From positions 2,130,001 through 2,162,000 of the forward strand of contig NC_015067.1 of the NCBI RefSeq assembly GCF_000196555.1: DNA of 32,000 nucleotides. Direction: 5' to 3'. How positions within the stretch are numbered: the stretch's first letter is position 1; every line of letters begins with the position of its first letter. Under the pieces are notes generated by a model. It was not told the origin of the DNA and did not search any database. It saw only the letters and a list, made by a program, of their open reading frames with translations. Shown piece by piece: positions 25,088-32,000 of the stretch. Made by a program: the position numbers and the translations under genes. Origin of the DNA: Bifidobacterium longum subsp. longum JCM 1217 (lineage in GTDB: Bacteria > Actinomycetota > Actinomycetes > Actinomycetales > Bifidobacteriaceae).

Positions 25088-26120
25088 TACAATACATCAC
25101 GTAATCAAATCTCAGACAAACAATAGAGGAGCAAAAAGATTAATATCACTAGGAATTAAAAACTTAGGATATTTAGTCACCCTTATCACTGCTCTCATTA
25201 CTGCATTGACTGTCATCAATGGCGCAAATCAAACTTTAATCGACGCAAAGGAAACTCGAATGCGGTCAGAATCTGACTCCGCGGTGAGCAAACTGGCCAA
25301 CGAGAGCGCAGCAGAAAGAATGGCGGGAGTTAATTCGCTGGTCGCCCTGGCTGATGATTGGGGAAGTGATTCAGACCTTCAATCACATGAATATCATCAA
25401 AAAACATGTGCATATGCACTCCTTACATACCTAAAAACAAAACCGACGATGAAGAATGCCTCATCAATGACGGATGACGAGGCCATAATACGCGATAGCA
25501 TCCAAAAGGGTTTCTCCGACCATCTTCAAGTCGATAAAGCTGCCACTTCATGGGATGAAATTCCTCTCAGCTTTTCCGGATCATACTTTTACAATTTCAA
25601 CTTATCTGACGTTTCGTTTAAAGAAACGGCATTATTTGACAATTGCACTTTTTATGGAAATGAAACAAGTTTTAATCATACCAAGTTTCTACAGGATGGC
25701 ATTTTCACTGGGAGCACATTTTACAATAATGTTGATTTCACGGGTAGCTTATGAAGATTCCGCTCTGTTTTCGATAAGGCCAAATTCATTGATTCACATG
25801 ATTATTCTAAATTCTCCGAGTTCTCTCAGGCATCATTTGAAGATGCACGTATGAAACAAGGGCTTCTTTTCAACAATGTAACCATCGAGAATAGAATGGA
25901 TTTTGGCATGCTCTTCAACGACCAGCACTATTCTTCTGCCCATATTGATGGAGAAATACTAGCTAATGATATTACCATCAATAATACAACGGTTGACTTA
26001 GACGGAGCAGTAGCTCAGGATTATCAGGGGAGCATTTTATCAGCACAAAATGGTTCATTGACCATAGGAGGAACCACCTATTCAACTGCAGGAGCGACCT
26101 TCAAGGGAAGTCTAAAGTAG
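25062..26120 (+). pseudogene. Membrane-anchored pentapeptide-repeat protein gene interrupted by a single in-frame TGA
   Basis: ORFs 25014..25754 and 25851..26120 are in the same frame. The only stop between them is TGA at 25752-25754, and the bridging 32 codons (RFRSVFDKAKFIDSHDYSKFSEFSQASFEDAR) continue the A(D/N)LxF-like pentapeptide pattern. A TM segment (LGYLVTLITALITALTVI) follows the basic N-terminus. A sampled line (25081-25140) is 35% G+C by hand count. Confidence 0.7.
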
Positions 26121-26147
26121 GATGTCACCCATTGTGTTTCAAATTGA

Positions 26148-26338
26148 GGCTCTTCGGGTGTTTGTGCGGATGTGAATCACCTGTCTGGCTTACTGCCTAT
26201 TAGCGTCCGGGGAGGCGGAGGTTGAGTCCGCCGCATTTGAGCATGACGAAACCGATGAGGTTGTCGAGGTTCCTGTATCCGTAGCCGATTGGAAAATAAT
26301 CCGGCTTGGTAATGGGGTCTCCTGAAAATGGTACCGGG
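26148..26338 (-). mobile_element. ISL3-family-like relic (terminal inverted repeat plus last ~45 codons of a transposase)
   Basis: The outer end GGCTCTTCGGGTG (from 26148) resembles ISL3-family termini, as recalled from memory. The minus-strand reading PVPFSGDPITKPDYFPIGYGYRNLDNLIGFVMLKCGGLNLRLPGR-stop (stop at 26200-26202) has the GY/FRN..N tail typical of ISL3 transposases. It is truncated at 26339 by the next element. Confidence 0.4.
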
Positions 26339-26856
26339 TGTAGCGTCTGGCTGGTACTGGTGTGCTGTTTCCCGTAGCGTCTTTCAGTGAAGCGGTCCGA
26401 TGGCGGGCCGCCTTATCGAAAGGAGGCCGATGATGGCCGTGAATTGGAAACAGATCATGATCATGCGTCTCAAGGGGGTGAGCCAGGACCGGGTGGCAGG
26501 CGCGGCACGGTGCAGCAAGCGCGACGTGGCGCGTGCGTCCAGGGTCATCCGCGAGCATGGCGTGACCATGGAGACGCTCATGGGCATGGGCGACGCGCAG
26601 GTGCGTGAGCGTTGGTTCCCCGCCAAGCCGCGCGAGGCGGACGGTTCTTACGCGCAACCAGACATGGACTCGTACGTGGAGCGCAAGGGCACGTACCGCA
26701 AGCTGCCGGTCAAGTTCCTGTGGTACGACTACCGGCGCAAGGCCGAGACGACCGGTCTGAGGACGTATTCGTACCAGGCGTTCTGCCGCATGTTCGCCCT
26801 GCGCTGCGAGCAATTGGACGCCACCGCCCGTCTGGAGCACCAACCCGGGGAGAAGG
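26339..26856 (+). mobile_element. IS21-family-like element, left end only (3'-truncated)
   Basis: It starts TGTAGCGTCT (26339), with a second GTAGCGTCT at 26374-26382. Multiple terminal repeats are typical of IS21 ends. AGGAGG RBS is at 26421. The istA-like ORF from ATG 26430 ends abruptly at ...ARLEHQPGEK, where the IS3 inverted repeat begins. Confidence 0.65.
26430..26856 (+). pseudogene. Truncated IS21-family transposase IstA (N-terminal ~142 aa)
   Basis: An HTH-like N-terminus (MAVNWKQIMIMRLKGVSQDRVAGAARCSKRDVARASRVI) and the TYSYQAFCRMF...EHQPGEK block precede the point where the DDE domain would begin. This sequence differs from the intact istA at 27498. Confidence 0.65.
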
Positions 26857-26885
26857 TGGATTGGCAACGGTGTGTTGGACTGTTT

Positions 26886-27363
26886 CTAGAGGGTTTTTCC
26901 TTGTTGTGTGAACTCCACGGGGCTCAGGTACCCGAGGGTCGAGTGGAGCCGTTGGTGGTTGTACCACCACACGTACCGGTTGACGTCCGAGCGCAGTTGC
27001 TCCACGTTCGTGTAGACGTTCCTGTGGATGAGCTCCTTCCTGACGAGCCGGTTGGTGGATTCGACCACCGCGCTGTCGTACGGGTTGCCCGGCCTGGAAA
27101 GGGAACGCGTGACGCCGAACACGTCGAGCACGCGTTCGACGCGTTCCCCGGCGAACCCGCCGCCGCGATCCGTGTGGAACACCTCGATCTCATCCAGCGG
27201 GAAGCGCAGCGCGGCGAACGCGGCCAACACGAGATCGGCGTCGTGCCCGACGCCGACCGAATGGCCGGCGATCTGCCGGCTGGCCAGGTCGCCGGGCAGG
27301 CAGACGTACGCCCACGAACTGCCGACCCTCACGTAGGCCGGGTCGGAGGCCAGATGGGTGCGC
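26886..27363 (-). pseudogene. IS3-family transposase OrfB, C-terminal part (DDE integrase core)
   Basis: HLASDPAYVRVGSSWAYV...FHTDRGGGF...NPYDSAVVESTNRLVRKEL...YNHQRLHSTLGYLSPVEF contains the D, D and E blocks. It joins in frame to 29815-30170 when the IS21 insert plus one 8-bp duplicate is removed. Confidence 0.85.
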
Positions 27364-27497
27364 TGTATGTGTTCAATAGGGAGTTGAGGTTTTAGTCACG
27401 TAGTTTTTTCGGGTTTAGGCAGAAAGGCATGCCGACCACCCGTGGGCCTTAGCCTGATGGTGCTTCGAATCCATTCGGGAAAGGGCCGGAAAGGCAA

Positions 27498-28964
27498 ATG
27501 ATCAGCATGCCCAAAATACAGTCTATCCGTCAGAGGCGCAGGAATGGGGAGTCCGTCGCCTCGATCGCGCGCGGCGAGAAGGTCAGCGAGCCGACCGTGC
27601 GCAAGTATCTCAAGGCCGACGACCTGTCGGCCAGGCCTCCGGTAAGGAGACGCCGTGGCTCGGTGCTCGACGAGTGGATTCCCGTGATCGAGGGCATGCT
27701 CGCCGAGGACCGGGAGACCTGGCACAAGCAACGTCACACGGCGACGCGCATCCACGAGCGGTTGCGTGACGAGTACGGGGTGGAGGCGTCGTTGTCGACG
27801 GTGACCCGGACGGTGGCCCGGTTGAAGCGTGAGTTCATGGCGGAGCGCGAGATGGGTTTCCTGGACCTGTCGTGGCATCCGGGCGAATGCCAGGCGGACT
27901 TCGGCCAGGTCGACGTGCGCTACCGGGGCGTCGTGACGCGGATGCGGCATTTCGTGTTGGATTTCCCGTACTCGAACATCTCGCCGTGCCAGCTGATGCC
28001 CGGGGAGAACGCGGAATGCACGTGTCAGGCTTTGCTTAACCTGTTCGAATGGCTGGGCGGGGTGCCCCGGCGCATCGTGTACGACAATGCCGCCGGCGTG
28101 GGCCGCCGACGGTTCGACGAGATCCGCCTGACCCGCCTGTTCCAGGCGTTCCAGGCCCATTACGGGTTCGAATACTCGTTCTGCAACCCGTACTCGGGCC
28201 ACGAGAAGGGCGCGGTCGAGGCCAGGGTCGGGGCCGTGCGCCGAAGGCTGTTCGTGCCGGTGCCCAGCGTGTGGAGCCTCGACAACTTCAACCTGCGCCT
28301 TCCCGACCGCTGTCTCGAGCTGGGGGACAAGGACCATTACAGGAAGGGCGAGAGCCAGGCCGGCCTGTTCGAGGATGATCGCAAGGCGCTGCTGCCCCTG
28401 CCCGCCAAGCCGTTCGACGTGGTCACGTGGACGAGGATGAAGGCCGACAAATACGGAAACGTCACCGTCCAGGGCCGCCACCGGTACGCGGCCGGACCCG
28501 AACACGCCGGCCATGAGATGATCGTCGGCCTGAGGGCCCTGGAGGTGGAGATCCTCGATGCCGAAGGCAAACGCGTGATCACGCATCCGAGGTCCTACGG
28601 GGACAAGCCGACCGACAGCGGCGACCCGTCGAGCCAGCTCGGGCTGTTGTGCGACCGGCCGGCGGCCTGGCGCAACAGCCGGGTGCGCGACGCGATGCCC
28701 GACCCGCTTCGCGAATGGATCGACGCGCAGGACGAGGCCACGCGGCGCGACAGCCTGCGTGCCCTGCTGCACGCCGACGGCGAGAGCGGCTGGCGGGCGG
28801 CCGTGGCCGGCATGCTCGAGATCCTCGAATCCACCGGAGGCACGGACCGGGCCGGGGTATGTCTGGCCGCGGCACGCCACGCCTCGGGCCTGGGACCCGT
28901 GGCCTACGACGACCCCGTGGACCTGAGCGAATACGACATCGCCTACACCAAGGAGGACGAGTGA
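27498..28964 (+). CDS. istA: IS21-family transposase IstA
   Basis: 488-aa ORF with an N-terminal HTH (GESVASIARGEKVSEPTVRKYL) and a DDE region (HPGECQADFGQVDV...IVYDNAAGVG...YSGHEKGAVE). Confidence 0.9.
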   Translation: MISMPKIQSIRQRRRNGESVASIARGEKVSEPTVRKYLKADDLSARPPVRRRRGSVLDEWIPVIEGMLAEDRETWHKQRHTATRIHERLRDEYGVEASLSTVTRTVARLKREFMAEREMGFLDLSWHPGECQADFGQVDVRYRGVVTRMRHFVLDFPYSNISPCQLMPGENAECTCQALLNLFEWLGGVPRRIVYDNAAGVGRRRFDEIRLTRLFQAFQAHYGFEYSFCNPYSGHEKGAVEARVGAVRRRLFVPVPSVWSLDNFNLRLPDRCLELGDKDHYRKGESQAGLFEDDRKALLPLPAKPFDVVTWTRMKADKYGNVTVQGRHRYAAGPEHAGHEMIVGLRALEVEILDAEGKRVITHPRSYGDKPTDSGDPSSQLGLLCDRPAAWRNSRVRDAMPDPLREWIDAQDEATRRDSLRALLHADGESGWRAAVAGMLEILESTGGTDRAGVCLAAARHASGLGPVAYDDPVDLSEYDIAYTKEDE

Positions 28965-29722
28965 ACCAGAAGAACGGACGGACCGACCCCGGCCCGCTGC
29001 GCGAGCGGGCGAGGAGCCTGTTCATCTCGCAGGCCACCATCGACGAAACGCTCGAATGGGCCACGCCCCGCCAACTGGACGCCATCGACCGCATGCTCGC
29101 CACGGAACTGGCCAACAGGGAGGCCTCCAAACGGGCAAGGCTCATGCGCCAGGCCCGGTTCCCGGTGCCCAAAAGCCTCGACGGCTACGACTTCGCGAAC
29201 GTGCGCCTGCCCGACGGATACACCAAGGAGCAGCTGACCGGCCTCGATTTCGTGGCCAAGGCGCAGGACCTCGTGTTCTACGGCAAGACGGGACGCGGCA
29301 AGACCCACCTGGCCACCGCCCTGGGCATGCTCGCCATCGAGCAAGGCAGGAGCGTGAGGTTCCGGCAGACCGCGGAGCTCGTGCTCCAGCTCGGCAAGGC
29401 CAAACGCGACGGCGCCCTCGACAACCTGCTCAAAGACCTCGCCCGTGCCGACCTGATCATCCTCGACGAGTTCGGCTACGTGCCCTTCGACATCGACGGG
29501 GCCCGCCTCCTCTACCAGATCATCGCCGGCAGCTACGAGCGGCGCAGCATCATCTTCACCACGAACATCGAGTTCAGCAAATGGGGGACGATCTTCGCCG
29601 ACGACAAACTCGCCGCCGCGATCATCGACCGCATCGTCCACCACGGACGCCTCATCGAATTCACCGGCCCCAGCCGACGCGTCAGCCAGGCCCTCATGTT
29701 CGGCAAGACGGACAACCAGTAA
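28961..29722 (+). CDS. istB: IS21-family helper ATPase IstB
   Basis: GTG 28961 overlaps the istA stop (GTGA), and AGGAGG lies 4 nt upstream. Walker A GKTGRGKTHLATALG, Walker B DLIILDEFGY. 253 aa. The ORF-track start at 28649 is an out-of-gene extension. Confidence 0.9.
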   Translation: MNQKNGRTDPGPLRERARSLFISQATIDETLEWATPRQLDAIDRMLATELANREASKRARLMRQARFPVPKSLDGYDFANVRLPDGYTKEQLTGLDFVAKAQDLVFYGKTGRGKTHLATALGMLAIEQGRSVRFRQTAELVLQLGKAKRDGALDNLLKDLARADLIILDEFGYVPFDIDGARLLYQIIAGSYERRSIIFTTNIEFSKWGTIFADDKLAAAIIDRIVHHGRLIEFTGPSRRVSQALMFGKTDNQ

Positions 29723-29814
29723 AACAAACCACCGGCCGGCACTCCTCATGCCGAAAACCGAAAAAAATTAGTGACGAAACACGAAACACCGACTTGACTA
29801 AATACAGGGTGCGC

Positions 29815-30170
29815 GGCGCATAGCCATTGAACTCGCGGGCGAGGATGTTGGGAGCCGGGTCGTCGTCCGGCCTGGCCGGGCGTGGCCTATAGGCGGCCTT
29901 GGAATAGGAGCCGGCCATGCCGTTCCCCTTCATGATCCGGTTGATGCGGCGGCGGGACAGCGTCACGCCCTCGTGCCCCAGGGCGTGCCTGATCTTCCTG
30001 GCCCCGTACACCTTGCCGCTGTCCCTCCACACGCGCTCCACATCCTTCTCGTAAGGGTCGGCGCGCTCGGCCTCGGGGTGTTCGAGCATCCAGTGGCAGG
30101 TCGACTTGGCAACGCCCAGGATCCCGCACTGCGCCGATACCGGGCAGCGGCCGGCGTCGGACCGTATCAC
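29815..30170 (-). pseudogene. IS3-family transposase OrfB, N-terminal part
   Basis: VIRSDAGRCPVSAQCGILGVAKSTCHW...GARKIRHALGHEGVTLSRRRINRIMKGNGM...NILAREFNGYAPRT, cut by the IS21 insertion. It overlaps the end of orfA in the -1 frame, as in IS3 elements. Confidence 0.8.
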
Positions 30171-30461
30171 GCCTGCTTTCGTGCGAATACCGGCGCCGCT
30201 TGTTCTGAAACATCGACCTCCATCTCCAGCTGCCTGTCGCGTTTCCGCAATTCGATCAGCTCGTTCTCCTCGGGAGTGCGGTTGTCGACCGCTTTCGTGG
30301 AGCCGCTGTTACGTATCCCCTGCACCCAACGCCGCAGCGTGGAACGCGGGATGCCGTACTCCGCCCTGATCTGCGACGACGGCTTGCCGTTCCCGTTACG
30401 ACTGCACGATCTGCCTCTTGAACTCCTCCTCGTAATGACGGGGACGATTCGGATCGGCCAT
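30167..30461 (-). pseudogene. IS3-family OrfA (HTH protein), frame-disrupted
   Basis: ATG 30461 gives MADPNRPRHYEEEFKRQIVQS, then TAA at 30396-30398. The expected continuation GNGKPSSQIRAEYGIPRSTLRRWVQ...ELRKRDRQLEMEV is in another frame down to TGA 30167-30169. Confidence 0.7.
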
Positions 30462-30524
30462 GATGATCAACTCCTTCGTTGTCATGTCCCGCATGAACCA
30501 GTCCAATACATTGTAGCCAATCCA

Positions 30525-31023
30525 GTGCCGCGCCGGCCGGTGGCGAGTGGGAGGCCGACGGCGTCATCGGCGTGGGATGTAGCCCGCACACCGAGGTCGA
30601 AAGGCGCACGCGTTTCCTTATGGCGCGCATCGTGCCCGACAAGACCGCCCGCGAAAGCATCGGAGCGCGGTTCCTCATGTTCTCCGCGCTGCCGGCTGGG
30701 GCCGGGACCGGCGTCACGCACGACGACGGCACCGAGTCCGCCCGCCACGCGGAACTGCGCGAACGGCTCGGCATGGCCACCTACTTCGCCGACCCGTACT
30801 CGTCGTACCGGCGCGGCGGCAACGAGAACCGCAACGGCGCGATCCACCGCCACCTGCCCAAACGCACGCGCATCGACCCGTCCATGACCGACGAGATACA
30901 GGCCATCGTGGACAGATCAACAACCGTCCCATGCGCGTGCTCGGCTACCGCACCCCGGCCGAGGCATTCGCCGACGAACTGCTACCATTAACCAAACAAC
31001 AAGGATGTTGCACTTCTAAATAG
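30525..31023 (+). pseudogene. IS30-family transposase, C-terminal fragment with a frameshift
   Basis: GEWEADGVIG...VERRTRFLMA...THDDGTESA...YFADPYSSYRRGGNENRNGAIHRHLPK matches the IS30 DDE region. The conserved tail INNRPMRVLGYRTPAEAF is shifted by one nt near 30912. The 5' part is replaced by the IS3 end at 30524. Confidence 0.75.
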
Positions 31024-31059
31024 ACAACGGGGGGGCGAAACCCCGCAAGCCGACGAGGA

Positions 31060-32000
31060 CTAGGATTTCGCGCTCACCACCGGTGAGGCACCACTCCGGG
31101 CTTCGCGCTCATTTTCAAATGAGGCACCTCGGGCATTCTTCTGTTTCAAGATAATCTTGTCGTCGGACACATCCTTAAGGTGCTTGCCGTACGGGCTCTT
31201 GCCGTACTTCTCGGCGGCCTCAAGCAGCTGCTCGCGGGTAATCCAGCCGTTCTCATAGGCGATTTCCTCGGCCACGGCGATGGGCAGGCCCTGCGCGCGC
31301 TGCACGGTGCGCACGAACTCGCCCGCCTCGTACAGGGAGTCCATCGTGCCCGTGTCCAGCCACGCGTAGCCGCGGCCCAACGTGCGCACGTTCAACGCGC
31401 CCGCCTCCAGGTACATCTTGTTCAGGTCGGTGATCTCCAACTCGCCTCGCGCGGACGGTTTCACCTGCTTGGCGAACTCCACCACGCGCTCGTCATAAAA
31501 GTACAGGCCCGTCACCGCGTAGTTCGACTTCGGACGCTTGGGTTTCTCCTCGATGGACACGGCCTTCTTGTCCGCGTCGAACTCGACCACGCCGTAACGC
31601 TCCGGATCGTCCACGTAGTAGCCGAACACGGACGCGCCCTCACCGTTCTCCGCCTTCGCCTTCGCCTTGCGCAACGTGGCGCCCAGACCGTTGCCGTAGA
31701 AGATGTTGTCGCCCAGCACGAGCGCACACGGCTCACCCGCGATGAACTCCTCGCCCAACAGGAACGCCTGCGCCAGACCATCCGGGGACGGCTGCACCAC
31801 ATAGGAGAATTTCACGCCATACTGGCTGCCGTCGCCAAGCAGTCGCTCGAAGTTCGGCAGGTCCTTCGGCGTGGAGATGATAAGGATGTCACGGATGCCG
31901 GCCATCATGAGCACGCTCAGCGGATAGTAGATCATCGGCTTGTCGTACACCGGAAGCAGCTGCTTCGATGTCACCGTCGTCAACGGATACAGCCTCGTAC
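31060..32000 (-). CDS. rfbA: Glucose-1-phosphate thymidylyltransferase (RmlA/RfbA), 5' end outside the window
   Basis: The frame stays open to the window edge and reads [45 protein letters not shown]..., with later LGDNIFYG and YAWLDTGT blocks typical of RmlA. The TTG at 31983 in the ORF track is internal. Confidence 0.9.
   Translation of the reverse strand, partial: TRLYPLTTVTSKQLLPVYDKPMIYYPLSVLMMAGIRDILIISTPKDLPNFERLLGDGSQYGVKFSYVVQPSPDGLAQAFLLGEEFIAGEPCALVLGDNIFYGNGLGATLRKAKAKAENGEGASVFGYYVDDPERYGVVEFDADKKAVSIEEKPKRPKSNYAVTGLYFYDERVVEFAKQVKPSARGELEITDLNKMYLEAGALNVRTLGRGYAWLDTGTMDSLYEAGEFVRTVQRAQGLPIAVAEEIAYENGWITREQLLEAAEKYGKSPYGKHLKDVSDDKIILKQKNARGASFENEREARSGASPVVSAKS

Larger units (their letters stand above)
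27364..29806 (+). mobile_element. Intact IS21-family insertion sequence (2443 bp) with 8-bp target-site duplication
   Basis: The ends TGTATGTG... (27364) and ...AAATACA (29806) are inverted, both with internal AGTCAC..TTTTTTCGG repeats. GGGTGCGC occurs directly outside both ends (27356-27363 and 29807-29814). It contains complete istA and istB. Confidence 0.9.
26857..30524 (-). mobile_element. IS3-family element (about 1217 bp of its own sequence) carrying a nested IS21-family insertion
   Basis: Terminal inverted repeats: TGGATTGGCAACGGTGTGTTGGACTGTTTC (26857-26886) matches the reverse complement of 30495-30524 (TGGATTGGCTACAATGTATTGGACTGGTTC) at 25 of 30 positions. Flanks AGG and GTG differ, so there is no target duplication. 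Confidence 0.85.

Noticed and set aside
25752-25754. The in-frame TGA in the pentapeptide-repeat gene as selenocysteine or programmed read-through.
   Set aside because: I noticed no SECIS-like hairpin immediately downstream. The position falls in an ordinary repeat unit rather than a redox motif. Sec machinery is not expected in this lineage, so a nonsense mutation is more likely.
26190-27395. ORFs 26190..26867(-), 26400..27395(+) and 29973..30887(+), which span several hundred codons across the IS nest.
   Set aside because: They run through IS boundaries (26338/26339, 26856/26857, 30524/30525) and are chimeric read-throughs or antisense shadows. Only the segments matching transposase families were kept.
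31025-31059. Possible rfbA terminator hairpin (GGGG...CCCC around 31030-31045).
   Set aside because: The stem is only 4-5 bp and no T-tract follows on the minus strand. The sequence may instead be the degraded IS30 terminus.

Overview
This is a high-GC actinobacterial chromosome segment. The gene content, gene order and the HspR-type operator upstream of clpB suggest Bifidobacterium, possibly the B. longum group (inference only). Positions 1-11.1 kb are core genes: rlmH, a membrane-anchored glycerophosphodiester phosphodiesterase, gluQRS, clpB with a perfect HAIR operator, hutH, a divergent IclR regulator, an FAH-family hydrolase and a proline-rich membrane protein. Positions 11.3-12.9 kb hold an AT-richer single-gene insertion encoding an AlbA_2/Schlafen-like + HATPase_c_4 + wHTH protein. 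It is preceded by a 31-bp tandem repeat that triplicates its RBS and GTG start. Positions 13.1-26.1 kb form a compositionally mosaic cell-envelope glycan locus of the ABC-transporter-dependent type. It contains glf, four glycosyltransferases, an acyltransferase-3 gene broken at an A6 tract, a 528-aa polytopic GT-C-like protein and Wzm/Wzt, where Wzt carries a C-terminal binding-type extension. It also contains a translationally coupled LicD-family transferase and a very AT-rich membrane-anchored pentapeptide-repeat gene interrupted by one in-frame TGA. Positions 26.1-31.0 kb are a nest of five IS elements from four families: an ISL3-like relic, a truncated IS21-like element, an IS3 element split by an intact IS21-family element with an 8-bp target duplication, and an IS30 relic. 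The window ends inside rfbA/rmlA, whose 5' end lies outside. I saw no rRNA, tRNA or CRISPR array. The best candidates for undescribed biology are the Wzt-LicD-GT-C glycan module, the two homopolymer-linked frame breaks in it, and the singleton AlbA_2 gene with its triplicated translation-start repeat.
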